From positions 4,746,085-4,810,084 of the forward strand of contig JAHRHZ010000061.1 of NCBI GenBank assembly GCA_024137785.1: a DNA stretch of 64,000 nucleotides, written 5' to 3'. The position numbers and the translations under genes are program-made. The DNA comes from Ginglymostoma cirratum. Lineage: Eukaryota. The notes beneath the pieces are model-generated. The model did no database searches, was not told where the DNA came from, and saw only the letters and a program-made list of their open reading frames with translations. Below, one piece after another: positions 51,992-63,385 of this stretch. Numbering within the stretch: position 1 is the stretch's first letter; every line of letters begins with the position of its first letter.

Positions 51992-52195
51992 TGAGCCTGT
52001 AACTAGCTCAGTTGCCTGGATGGCTGGTTTGTAGTGTACAGTGATGCCAGCAGTGTGGGTTCAATTCCCACACAAACTGAGGTTACCATGAAGGATTATC
52101 TTTCTCAATTTCTCCTTTGTTTGTGGTGTGGTTACCCTCCGGTTAATGAGAGAGCAGCCCTATGGTCTGGTTACAATATAGTGATTTTAGCTTTC
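51992..52195 (+). mobile_element. tRNA-derived SINE (different family)
   Basis: Pol III A box tagctcagttg and B box ggttcaattcc; unique to this unit. Confidence 0.7.
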
Positions 52196-52419
52196 CTTGG
52201 ACAGCTGTCCACAGTTACTATTTTTACTTTCCCAGGTTTTGTATCATCAGTACACCCTACATCTGGGATTAGCTTTCTCATAACAGTTGGAAAGAACAGT
52301 GGCCCCAAAATGGACCCTAAATCAGATCACTGTCTGTGAAACATCCATCCACCATCACTCACTACTACTTTGTATCACTTTAGGACTGTATTGTACAACT
52401 TTGCTGAATAACTTGGGGA

Positions 52420-52796
52420 AATTCCTGAGGGCCAAACTAGTGCTATCAAAATACAGTGTCAGATCCAAATATGACAGCTAGTGGAATTGGAATATTTCAA
52501 TTAATAAATCTGGAATATAAAGTGAGTCTCAGTAATGATGATTATGTTGGCTATCATCATTGTTGTTTAAAAGCCTATCAGGTTTACCAATATTGTTAAG
52601 GGGAAAAAGAAAGTCTGCTGTCCTTACCTAGTCAGGCTTACGTGTGACTCCAAATCCACAGCAATGCAGCAGACTCAACTTTTCTCTTAAGTGGCCCAGC
52701 AAGCCTGTCAGTTTAAGGGCAATGAATGATGGGTAACAAATGCTGGTATTGCCAGCAAGGTCCATATCCAATGAAAGAAGACAGGAAAAAAAAACC
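52420..52796 (+). mobile_element. Unit SINE copy
   Basis: tctgctgtccttacctagtcaggcttacgtgtgactcc...gggcaatgaatgatgggtaacaaatgctgg. Confidence 0.75.
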
Positions 52797-53284
52797 CTGA
52801 CAAGCTTCTTGTGTTGCACCATGTTGGCTGCTATGGGAAAGTCCAGACTTTCTACTCTACTAAACTACTTTGATCAATTTTCTCTGTTTCCACATCAAAG
52901 AATTGGATTAAGTTATTCAGACAAAAGCTAGCCTTTTCCAAAGTCCCGCTCGATTTTCTTGATTCACCCCAGCCTTCTAATGTGAAGATTTATTTTATAC
53001 TTAGTGATGGTTTTCAGTAAATTCCCCAGCTTCTTATTAGGTTAACTGCCGTGTCATTTCTCCCTATTGTTTGTTGAATTTGACATTAGAAAACATATAC
53101 TCTTCAGATTCTACTGCACTGTCAAATGAGGTTGAAAGATTGAGCCTAATTCTTTCGACTTTTTCTACCATTGCTTCTTTCAGTGACCTCCGATGCATCG
53201 TGAAGAGTTTAGTGTTGTAAGAATTGTATTAGTAGAAGCACAATGTGTAATTCCAGTTAAATATATTTAAAGCAAGAGTAAAAG

Positions 53285-53520
53285 AATAAAAAAAACTGCA
53301 GATTCTGGAAATCTGAAACAAAAACAGAAATTGCTGGAAAATCTTAGCAGGTCTGGCAGCAACTGTGGAGAGAAGTTGGAGTAATTGTTTCGAGTCCAGT
53401 GACCCTTCTTCAAAACTGGAGGCCTGAAGTTCTGAGTTCTTAAGAAAGGTCACTGGACCCAAAACATTAACTGATTTCTCTCCACAGGTGCTGCCAGACC
53501 TGCTGAGATTTTCCAGCAAA
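53285..53520. mobile_element. Palindromic Penelope-type insert (degenerate cores)
   Basis: ttgctggaaaatcttagcaggtctggcagca ... tgctgccagacctgctgagattttccagcaa inverted arms. Confidence 0.8.
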
Positions 53521-53646
53521 GAAAAAATCAATTGTGTTTCAATGTAACGGTGTATAGTAAAACAACTATATTTATCAACAAACATCAGGAGTTATTTTCA
53601 CAACAGATTGTATGTTAGTATCTGACCTGCCTCTTATCCCCTGCAG

Positions 53647-53778
53647 ACCATTTTGTGCCAACTCGTAGTGTCTTCAATTTAATCTCAGAACATAAAGTGC
53701 CGATCACTGATACCCCTAATGTATTCAAACCAATCCTAGAGCCTGAACATGCAGAGATAGCGGAGAAAGAAGTGACAG
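53647..53778 (+). CDS. Repeat exon A7, 132 bp, DHFVPTRSVFNLISEHKVPITDTPNVFKPILEPEHAEIAEKEVT
   Basis: cccctgcag acceptor, ACAG|gtattt donor; 9 nt in-frame deletion. Confidence 0.9.
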
Positions 53779-54640
53779 GTATTTCTGATACTATTTCTGC
53801 CTGGAACATGAACTCCTGAATGAGTAATTAATAAGAGATGCATGCTGAGCTGTGTGTTAATGCAGGAGAGGATTCTGACACATGCTGTAAATGCTATGCT
53901 ACACTTTTTTACAATTGCAACTCATTTGTAAAATGAGCAATTCACTATCAATGTACTGGAATTTAGGTATTTTGCTTCATTCAGTTGGATTCTTTCATCA
54001 ACTTTCTTGCTGGTTGGATCTCAGAGGCTTTGCTTAGCTGGAATGTGCCTGTCAAACAAGGTTGAACCATGGTGGAGTTTATTGGATGATAATTAGTTTA
54101 ATGTCTTGGAAACAGCATTAGTGCATGGAGCATCTGTTTTCATACAGTTTTGTGAGATGTTGGGTAGGCATTTGTTGTCTTGATTCAAAACACATGAAAT
54201 AAGCAAACCATTTTGTGGAAATTACATCCCTATTGGATTATTTGCTCATTGTGCTTATTCCATAAAGTTTAGATTCTTGTGAAGAATTGTGCTTCAACTC
54301 ATCATTACTATATAGTAAAGTTTATGAAATAATAATTCACTTTAATGTAGCAGAAACAATGTTATTACATTGATTTTCTGTTAGCATCGCATCATTGTAT
54401 GAATCCCTTTCAATTATATTGAATTAATTAATTTAATCACTGAGTATAAATTCATGATGAATGAAATGTTTTATTACATGATCTATTTGGTGACTTTGAA
54501 GAGTACTTTATCTTTTTTAATGAGGGAATACTACAACAGAGCTACATTGATGATCAGAAGTATACCTACATTCCTCAAAAAATACTGGCATAATTTTCAC
54601 TTTTTATTAAGAGTTTTGGCTTCCTTCTTATCCCCAGCAG

Positions 54641-54781
54641 ACCATGAGGTGCCCACCTCTAACACTCGCAATGTAGTCAGTTCAAAATCAAACTATGAGC
54701 TGCCAGTCACTGACCTTCCGTATGTGCTCCATCTAGTCCTAGGATCTGACCCTGCTAAAATAGGGAAGGAAGAATTTACAG
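54641..54781 (+). CDS. Repeat exon B7, 141 bp, DHEVPTSNTRNVVSSKSNYELPVTDLPYVLHLVLGSDPAKIGKEEFT
   Basis: cagcag acceptor, ACAG|gtactt donor. Confidence 0.9.
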
Positions 54782-56084
54782 GTACTTATGGCAATAATTG
54801 TGTTTTTGGTTTCAGTGCATGTTGAGATTTGTGCAAGGAAACCGAGAATTAGATCTTGAAATAAGTGAAGAATATGTCCGTGAGATTGGTAGCTGGACTG
54901 AAAGCTTGAAAGAGTTTCCTGAGAACAAAGTATGTTTTTAAAAAAATGAAATATTGGTGCACAAAATATTGGGGAGTTTAAATAGTACGCATAGGGAAAG
55001 ACTTTTAATTCTGACATGTGAATCAGTTAACAAAGGAGATAGTTTACTAATGAGGTAGAGATGACATGAGAGTTTTTCACGTCCCTGGGACTTATGATCA
55101 GCAGTGTCCCTTACATCGACTTGTTTAAAATGCGTTCTGACAACAGATTCCAAACTTTTTTTTTTTGGTAGAGCATATTACATGCTATCAACAATCTCAG
55201 TGAAAAGCATTCTCCTTGTTTTATTACTACCTCTGTGGCAATTCATTTTGAATCTATGGTGACCATTAGACTTTGATGACACAACAGAGGAAATAATTTT
55301 TTTTCTGTATTAAAACACTTCATTATCACCTTGAAATTTCTGTTTAATCACTTCATTACCTTTCTGATCCAACAAGATCATTCTAACATTTCCAACATCT
55401 CTTCATGACTAAAGTGCTTCAATTCTGGTAACATTATTCTCTATAGAATTTCTTCTTTGTTTTCCAAGAGCCTTACATTTCCTTTCAATTGACATGCCCA
55501 GACATCTTCACTTGGTAAGATGCTGAATCAATGATGTTTTAGCTTTGTATGAATACAAGTATTTCAAATGAATTTTTTAACCATTTCATCAATTGTCCTT
55601 CCAGATTTGAGTGTTGCCTATACTGGCGGCATGATCTTCAACTCATTTGCACTTTTTAAAGCAATGCTATGTATAGCACAATATATTTCAAAAAATTAAT
55701 ATAGTTCATTTCAAAAAATGAGTTGTCAATAAGTGTATTATTTCGCTCTTCCACGTGCATTGCTTCAGCCCATATCACCAGCTTGTCTCTGTCACCTTGT
55801 GTCTATGACTGTCTTCCTTTATTATGTTGCCAGGTTTATGTTATCAGTAACATTTTTAATGACGTTCACTTCTGGGCCTGGCTAATTCATACCAATTGGA
55901 AAGAGTCATGAACTCAAAACCGAAGCTGAGTGTTGCCACAGTAAACCACTGCCAAGCCTGTGAAACATCCATCAACCATCACTTCTGCTTTCTATCATTT
56001 TGTACCCGTATCAATCCTTCATTCTTGATTGCATTGACTTCCATCCTAAATTCTTGTCTGCCACTTTGTTGAGCAAACTGGGAG

Positions 56085-56450
56085 AGTCCTGAGGCCCGGA
56101 CTAATCTTCTGAAGACACTGGTTAAAATCCCAACATGGCAACAGGTGGTATTTAAGGAGTTCAGATAATAAATCTGGAGTATAAAGCTTTTCTCGGTAAT
56201 GGTGATCATGCTAGCTGATTATTGCTGATCGTAAAAACCCATCAACCTCACTGATACTCTTTAGGGAATGGAAATCTGCTGTCCTTCCACAGTCTGGCCT
56301 ACATGTGACTCTAAGCCACAGCATTGAGGCGGAAATATGACTTAACTTGTAAGGAGACCAGCAAGGCACCTGGATCGAAATGACTACAATTAGTGACGGA
56401 CGGCAAAAGTTGTCCTCACCAGCAACACCAATATCTCAAAAAGGATGAAA
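56085..56450 (+). mobile_element. Unit SINE copy
   Basis: aaatctgctgtccttccacagtctggcctacatgtgactct core. Confidence 0.75.
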
Positions 56451-56918
56451 TTTAGCCACAAAAAGCCCTTAACAAAGTCGTTCCGAAACTTCTTGATTCG
56501 CCCTGGCCTTTTAACATGATGGTTTATTTCATACCATAGTAATGGCTGACAAATAACTTTGCCAACCTGTCATTGGGCTGACTATTGTCCCCAAGTTTCG
56601 ACCTAACCTTTTTTATGAGTATAACATAAGAAAACTTCCATTCTTTAGATACTACTGTTGTACCCAGTGAGATTGAAAGATTGTTCCCAATGCCTGGACT
56701 ATTACGTTCTTTGCTTTTCTCGGTGCTAAGTAGAGTTTAGTGTTGTATGAAATGTATTATTAGATGCACAGTAGAATCCATTCAAATGAAAGGATAAGAT
56801 CAATTGTATTTCAATATTACAATGATCAGTAAATCAAATATACTTATCAATAAACCACTGGAGTTATTTTCAGAGAAATTATGAATTTTATTGCTGACTT
56901 CCGTCTTATACTCTGCAG

Positions 56919-57059
56919 ACCATCATGTGCCAACTCGAGATTCTCCTAGTGTCTTCAGTTTAATCTCAGAATATAAACAGCTGGTCACTGACACTCCTAA
57001 TGTATTCAAACCAGTCATAGAATCTGAACCTACAGAGATAGCGGAGAAAGAAGTGACAG
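56919..57059 (+). CDS. Repeat exon A8, 141 bp, DHHVPTRDSPSVFSLISEYKQLVTDTPNVFKPVIESEPTEIAEKEVT
   Basis: ctctgcag acceptor, ACAG|gtattt donor. Confidence 0.9.
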
Positions 57060-57976
57060 GTATTTCTGAGACTATTTCTGCCTGGAACGTGAAGTCCTGA
57101 ATGGAGTAAATAATAATAATTGCATGTTGGAGGTGTGTGTTAATACAAGAGAAGATTCTGACACATGCTGTATGTGCTATGCCACACTTTTATAATTAAA
57201 TACATGTGATGGTCAGTACACTGTCTTGCATGCAACTCAGTGTTACGGTAAAAATTCACAAAACCAGCAATACACTGTTGATCACCTGGTATTTAGGCAT
57301 TTTGCTTCATTCTGTTGGGTTCTTTGGTCAACATTCTTGCTTCCTGGAGCTTTTGAGTCTTTGCTTGGCTGGAATGTATGTGTCAAACGATCAAGGCTGA
57401 ACCATTGTGAAGATTATTGGATGCCATTTAGCTTTATGTTGTGGAAGCAATGTTAGTGCATGGAGTGTCTATTTTCCAGAACTGTCTTGTGAAACTCTGA
57501 ACTGGCATTTATTGACTTTGTTCAAAGCAATGTCCATTTCAAGGAAATGAAGCATTTCTGTCATTGTTTGCTCAGCATGCTTATTTCATAAAGTTTAGGG
57601 ATTGTGTGCTGTGACTTGTTAATCAACCTATTATTTCTATATTGCTAATTTTTTTGGTATGATGAATAACTTTTACATCATGGAATTGATGTTAATGCAT
57701 CGAGGTTCTGATACCTTCTCTTTATTATGAGTTTATTTTGATATTGAATTAAATATTTTTACACTCTGTATAGTTTATCATTGAATTGAATTGAATTTAT
57801 TATTGTGATGTATTGGTTATTTGAGTGTATTTACTTGTTATTATGAGAACAGACTACTTCAATAGTGCTCCATCAATGACCAGACCAAATTTGATTATAT
57901 TCCTTAAAACAACACAGCGATTATTTTCACAATTGAGTAAGAATTTTGTATCCGGCTTCCTTTTTATCCTCAACAG

Positions 57977-58117
57977 ACTATGAGGTACCAGTCTCTGACA
58001 CTCTTGGTACGGTCAGTTCAAAATCAGACTATGAGCTGCCAGTCACTGACTCTCCCTATGTGCTCCATCCAGTCCCAGGATCTGAACCTGCTAAAATAGG
58101 GAAGGAAGAATTTACAG
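57977..58117 (+). CDS. Repeat exon B8, 141 bp, DYEVPVSDTLGTVSSKSDYELPVTDSPYVLHPVPGSEPAKIGKEEFT
   Basis: caacag acceptor (first AG of the NAGNAG lost), ACAG|gtactt donor. Confidence 0.9.
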
Positions 58118-58383
58118 GTACTTCTGACAATAATTGTGTTTTTAGTATCAGCAGAGGAATGCAGTATATAGTATATGTATATTGAGGTTTGTGGAACAGG
58201 ACCAGAGTTTGGGCACAAACTATAGATTCCAAGCCACATTTCTGCAGTTATGTCAGTAGGTTAAATGTCTATGAAACACATTGATCATTGTTACAGAAAT
58301 ATACGATTGGACCAAACTGCTGCATTTATCCTGAATTTCACATAATTTGTCTGCCTGCTTTGAATTATTGATTGATCTGTTTC

Positions 58384-58815
58384 CAGGGGTTGGTGCTCAG
58401 GCTCTTGGTGTTTGTGGTGTACATTAATGATTTGGATATAAATATAGGGGTCTGATTAAGAAGTTTGTAGATGACTCAAAAATTGATAGGTAGATAGTGA
58501 GAAGGATGGCCATAGATTGTAGGAGATATCAACAGACTGGTCACATGGTAGAGCAGTGACAAATGACAAAAGAAAGGAAATACAGGAACAGAATTTGGCC
58601 ATTCAGCTCATTCAGATTCGTCCATCATTTAATATGATTATAGTTGATCAAACTTTTACTTCAATAACTTTTACTCACACTAACCTCATAACACTTTGCA
58701 CTATTGATAATCAAAAACTTTATTCAGCTCTAAGTATGCTCACATACTGAGATTTCACAATCCTCAGGGGCAGAGAATTCTAAACATTCACCACCCTCTG
58801 AGTAAAATTTTTCAT
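58384..58815. mobile_element. Two CR1-type LINE fragments (+ RT piece about 58384-58560; - 3' tail about 58575-58815)
   Basis: ccaggggttggtgctcagg...attaatgatttggat...aagtttgtagatgac (PQGS..G, INDLD and KFADD-like remnants). Confidence 0.7.
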
Positions 58816-59437
58816 CAATCGTGTTGCCCAGAGTTTCCATTATATTTCAGTAGAGGTCTAGTCTGTGATTGATGAAGCTCCATGATCTCTTTGCTTTTGT
58901 ATTCCATTTCTCTTTGAATAAATGCAAGTAATCCAAATGCTTTCTTAACCATTTCATTAACTGTCCTTCCAGATTTAAGGTTTTTATATATGGGCAGCAC
59001 ACTCATCTGCTCATGTACACTTATTAAAATTATGCTATTAATAGTGCACTGTCTTTCCAAATTTCTTTATCCCTAGATGCATAATTTCATACATCTCCTC
59101 ATAAGCAATGTTTCAACCATGTCACTACTCTGTCTCTGTAATATTGTGCCCATAATTTTCCTGAGAAACTTTATTTCTTTGTTAAGTCTTGTGACCTTAT
59201 GGTTTGACTCACTACACCTGAGTCTAGTTCAATTATAACAATTGCAAAGAGTAATAAACCCAAAACTGACTTGGGTGACACTACTGTAAACCATGTCCCA
59301 GTCTGTGAAGCATCTATCCACCATCATTCTCCACTTTGTGTCACTTTGCATTGATATTACTACTTCATTCTTAATTCTATGGCTTCCATCCTAACAGACA
59401 TTTTGTATGGCACTTTGTTGAATGCCTTGGGAAAGTC

Positions 59438-59802
59438 CACAGACCCAGGCTAGTGCTGTAAGGGTGTGGGCTCCAGTCCCAACAAGGTAACTGGTGAAAT
59501 TTAAAATCATTCAGTTAATAAATCTGGAATATAAAGCTAATCTCAGTAGTGGTGGTCATGTTGGCTATCATCGGTTGTGCTAAAACCCATCTTGTGGAGT
59601 AACGTTCGTTAAGCAAGAAAATCTGCTGGCTTTACCTGGTCTGCTCTACATGTGATTCTACACCCAGAACAATGTGGTTGCCTCTTAACTGTCCACTTAT
59701 ATGTTGCAGCAAGCCACTCAATAAAAGGGCAATTAGGGAAGGCCAACAAATTATCTCCTGCCAGCGACACCCACATCCTGTTAGGGGAGATGAAAAAAGA
59801 AA
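59438..59802 (+). mobile_element. Unit SINE copy
   Basis: tttacctggtctgctctacatgtgattc...gggcaattagggaaggccaacaaa...gccagcgacacccacatcc. Confidence 0.75.
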
Positions 59803-59872
59803 GTCTTAATGGGCCTCTTCAGTAGCAATTTGTTGAAGCCTTAGTAAAATCCAGAGATACATCCACCACATT

Positions 59873-59976
59873 ACACAATTCTGAGGAAGGGTCACCAAAC
59901 CCAAAACAGTAACTCTGCTTTTTTTCTTCACAGATGCTGCCAGACCTGCTGAGCTTTTCCAGCACTTTGTTTTTGT
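59873..59976 (+). mobile_element. Single-arm Penelope-type insert with 11 bp target-site duplication
   Basis: tccaccacatt at 59862-59872 and 59977-59987; ctgaggaagggtcaccaaacccaaaac degenerate core. Confidence 0.78.
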
Positions 59977-60522
59977 TCCACCACATTGCCTTGGTTAACC
60001 TTCTCTGTCATCACATCAAGCAATCAAAATAAGTTATTAAGGCACAATAACTCTTTGACAAAGTCCTGCTAGATTTTATTGATTCACCCTGTCCTGTTAA
60101 CATGAAAGTTTGTTTTATATTTAGTAATGATTTTGAGGAACTTGCTCAACTTGTCAATTACACTGGTGAATGGTTTCCAAGTTTCACTCTAATGTTTTTA
60201 GAAAACTTCACTCTTCAGATATTGCTGCTGTATTCAATGAGGGTTGAAGGATTGTGCCTAGTGTGTGCTATTACTTTCTTTGCCTCTTCCAAGGACTTTA
60301 GATGCATCATGTAGAGCTTAGTGTTGTGTGCAATGTATTATTAGATGAATAATGTATAAGTACAATAGAATCCGTTTAAAATGATAATGAGGGAATATGA
60401 AGGAATATGACCAATTGTTTCAATGTAATAATGTACAGTAATTCAAATATTTATTAATAAATCTTGAATTCTTTTGGAGAGATTATGAATATTGTATCCA
60501 CTTTCCTCCTTATCCCCTGCAG

Positions 60523-60663
60523 ACAGTCATGTCCCCGTTCCTGCCACTCCCAGTGTCTTCAGTTTAATCACCGAACATAAACTGCCGGTCACTGGTTCCC
60601 CTAATATATTCAAACCAGTTGTAGAATCTGAACCAGCAGAGATAGTGGAGAAAGAAGTGACAG
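60523..60663 (+). CDS. Repeat exon A9, 141 bp, DSHVPVPATPSVFSLITEHKLPVTGSPNIFKPVVESEPAEIVEKEVT
   Basis: cccctgcag acceptor, ACAG|gtattt donor. Confidence 0.9.
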
Positions 60664-61485
60664 GTATTTCTAAGACTATTCTACCTGGAACTCCTAAATG
60701 GAGTAAATGATGAGAGATGCATGTTGACTGTGCGTTCATGCAAGAGAAGACTCTGACACTTGCTGCAGGTGCTATGCTGCACTTTTTAAATTGGAATATG
60801 TTTGAGAGTGGACTATCTTGCATGCAGCGCATCCGATGTTGTTACACAAAGTGTATGAAATGAGCAGTCCACTGCTATTTCTTAGTATTTACGCATTTTG
60901 CTTCGTTCTATTGGATTTTTCGGTCGAAGTACTTATTTCATGTAGATTTGAGGCTGTGCTTGGCCATTAATAGACTTTCAAGGCTGAACTTTTTGATTTT
61001 TATTGGATGATAATTGGCTGTGAGTTGGAAGCAATGTTACTGCATGGGGTATCAGTTATCAATCTCCTTGGAACCTTTTGGAAGGTATTGACATTCCACA
61101 GAGCATACAGAATGGAAAAAAATACCACAGCACATTTTATGGAATTTAAGCATTTTTGTTATCACTGTGGATTATTTCCTCACTCTGCTTATTTAATAAA
61201 ATTTAGAGCTCTTACTTTGTTCTAAAGTGTCTGGCCACCTATCATCACTATATTGTGAAATATATTGGATGGATGAATTAATCTACACATAGTATAATTT
61301 AGATTTGAAGGGAATGCATATTATATGTTGTAATTGGTTACTTTGGAATAGATTTAATTATAAAGACAAAATACTGCACAGAGTGCTACATTGACATCCA
61401 GAAATATGAATATACTCATCAAAACAACATAGTATTTCCACCGAGAAATTAAGAATTTTGCATTTGGGTTCATTCTTATCCCCAG

Positions 61486-61625
61486 CAAACCAGGAGGTGC
61501 CTACCTCCTGACACTTGCAATGTATTCAGTTCAATCCCAGACTATGAGCTGCCATTCGTTGATTCTCCGTATGTCATCAGTTCAACCCTACAGCACGAAC
61601 CTGCTAAAGTAGGAAAATTTCAACT
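61486..61625 (+). pseudogene. Dead B-type exon (psiB9)
   Basis: B homology (gaggtgcctacctc...actatgagctgcca...gaacctgctaaag); +1 C insertion (acctcctgac vs acctctgac) creates TGA; no GT donor at the homologous end. Confidence 0.85.
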
Positions 61626-61889
61626 GCTTCTAATAATAGTTGTATCTTTTGCATGAATTGAGGAATGGAGGAAATTAATTTTCAGATAAGTGCTAGAAAG
61701 GCAATACCACAGCATTGTGTGTTTCCTGTCAAATCATGCCCTGGCATGATATCCAGTCATTGTTACTGTATGATGTGCCTGAAATGAGCAATCCATTGTG
61801 TATCTGTTGGAATTGATCTGTATCACTTGATCATTTGGCTGTGCGCTTTTTTTTAGTGAAATGTGGGCACAGCACATCAAACAGGATAT

Positions 61890-62360
61890 CCATCGGAAAG
61901 AGTGGAGATTTGCTAACATGCAAGTCAAGAGAAGGACTTCAGTTTTGTTGAGAGACTGGAGAAGCTTGGATGTTTCTCTTTAGAACAAAGACAATGAAAG
62001 GGGCATTGAATAATTGTGCTAAAATTCTGAGGGATTTAGACAAAGAAACAGTTGCTAATCAGATCAAGATCAGTAAGCAAAAGGCAGACATGAGGAAACC
62101 TGTAAAAGAAACAAAGGTGTCACGAGGAGAAACATTCTTGCACAATGAGTCATTATGACCTGGAATGCACTGCATGAATACATGACGCACATAGCTCCAA
62201 CAGGACCTTGCAGAAAGGATTTGGATAGATAGTTGAAGAAGCAAATATTGGAAAAGGGGCAAAAAGCAAGAGATTGAGACTAACCTGTCTACTGCAGTTC
62301 TTTGATGAGCTAACATGTTGGGCCATTAGCTTCCTTCCATGCTGTCTGATTCAATGATTT
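61890..62360 (+). mobile_element. Old CR1-like LINE 3' fragment
   Basis: gagagactggagaagcttggatgtttctctttagaacaaagac...gacctggaatgcactgc...gcttccttccatgctgt. Confidence 0.6.
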
Positions 62361-63244
62361 AGATACTGTATTTGGTTGACTTCATGGTTATACTGCTGTA
62401 ATGTTTATTGAATGATACTTATTTTATGTACTGAAAATAATGCCAAGCATAGAGTCAGCTTTACCAATGTTATATTGAAATTTTGGAATGTTAAATTATT
62501 AACCAATCTTTTGTGAAGTTTAATATTGTGTAGAAAGTATTGTCTATTACACAATCTGTGGCAGCATTTAAACCTATTGGAAGAGTTACACCAGAAACCA
62601 GGTGAGATCCCCAAATTTAGGTTCTGGTGGGACATCCCAAACTGTTAAGGTCCCAAGCGAGGAGAGATGAACTGGCACCCTTTCTTTCTTCATAAAGATG
62701 CTATGCCCCCCACACACCTTTTATCACTTAAATGAATGTGAGATTTAGCTGTATGCATAGTGTATCTGATGGTCAATGCATGGTCTTGCATGGAACCCAT
62801 CCATTTTTGTTGCACAAAGATATTAATTAACGATCCACAGCACTGCCCTAGAATTTTTACATTTTGTTCATCTCTGTTGAATTTTTTTTTGTTTGATTTG
62901 TCCTTGTCAATACAGTGCATGTCGACCTATCAACATTATATTCTATACAACAGACTGCATGTTTCTCCACAGAGAGTCTATTGACCAATCGCTTATTCAT
63001 AAATCATTTTAAATAATATTGCATTAATTCATTTAAACACTGAGTATAATTTAAAATTGTAAGAAATGTATTATTACATGCTGTATTTGATTAATTCTGA
63101 TAGCATTTAATTATTACGGTGGCAGAATACCACAACACTGCTACGTTAATGTCCAGGAATGCAAATATAATTCATCAAAATAGCGCAGAATATTTTTATC
63201 CAGGGATTAAGAAATTTGTATGGTTTTCCTCTTATCACCAGCAG

Positions 63245-63385
63245 ATCAGGAGGTGACAACCTCTGAGACCCAGGATCAATTCAATTTTATCTCAGGCACT
63301 GAGATGCTGAGCACTGACTCTCCTAACGTGTTGAGTCCAAACCCAGATTCTGAATCTGCTAACATCGAAGAGAAAGAAATTTCAG
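63245..63385 (+). CDS. Divergent repeat exon C, 141 bp, DQEVTTSETQDQFNFISGTEMLSTDSPNVLSPNPDSESANIEEKEIS
   Basis: cagcag acceptor, TCAG|gtactt donor, 47 codons. Confidence 0.85.

Larger units (their letters stand above)
30050..61700 (+). repeat. Tandem intragenic duplication array (unit = exon A + about 0.8-1 kb intron + exon B + longer intron)
   Basis: Intron sequence is visibly homologous between units (e.g. tgcatgttgag...ttaatgcaagagaagattctgacacatgctgt after A exons); A starts at 45094, 49252, 53647, 56919, 60523; A-to-B start distances 952-1137 bp. Confidence 0.92.
3485..63385 (+). other. Internal portion of a multi-exon gene encoding a long acidic S/T/P-rich (mucin-stalk-like) repeat region; about 27 symmetric phase-1 exons, about 3165 nt / 1055 aa if all are joined
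   Basis: Recurrent AG|exon|GT blocks, all multiples of 3, open in the same phase-1 frame and mutually similar (mostly begin E/D-x-E/H-V/I-P, often contain SEP/SDP/LD, end in [QKDE]-[EQ]-[FVLI]-[TSP]). No start codon, signal peptide, folded domain, TM segment or terminal exon found. Confidence 0.85.

Noticed and set aside
51992-52075. tRNA gene
   Set aside because: A and B boxes are present but there is no cloverleaf, and it continues into a SINE body also found at 29.4 kb.
31298-60720. Conserved intronic polyadenylation giving secreted short isoforms
   Set aside because: Read-through stops follow the donors, but AATAAA is present after only some exons (e.g. A2, A6) and is expected by chance in AT-rich DNA.
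31157-63385. CRISPR-like or V(D)J-like segment array
   Set aside because: Units are kb-scale with splice signals; no repeat-spacer pattern, recombination signal heptamer/nonamer or Ig-domain Cys/Trp residues were seen.
3485-63385. Assigning a gene symbol (CD44, PTPRC, EMCN, ABI3BP, titin PEVK)
   Set aside because: Only the exon architecture is analogous; no diagnostic domain or recognisable sequence is in the window.
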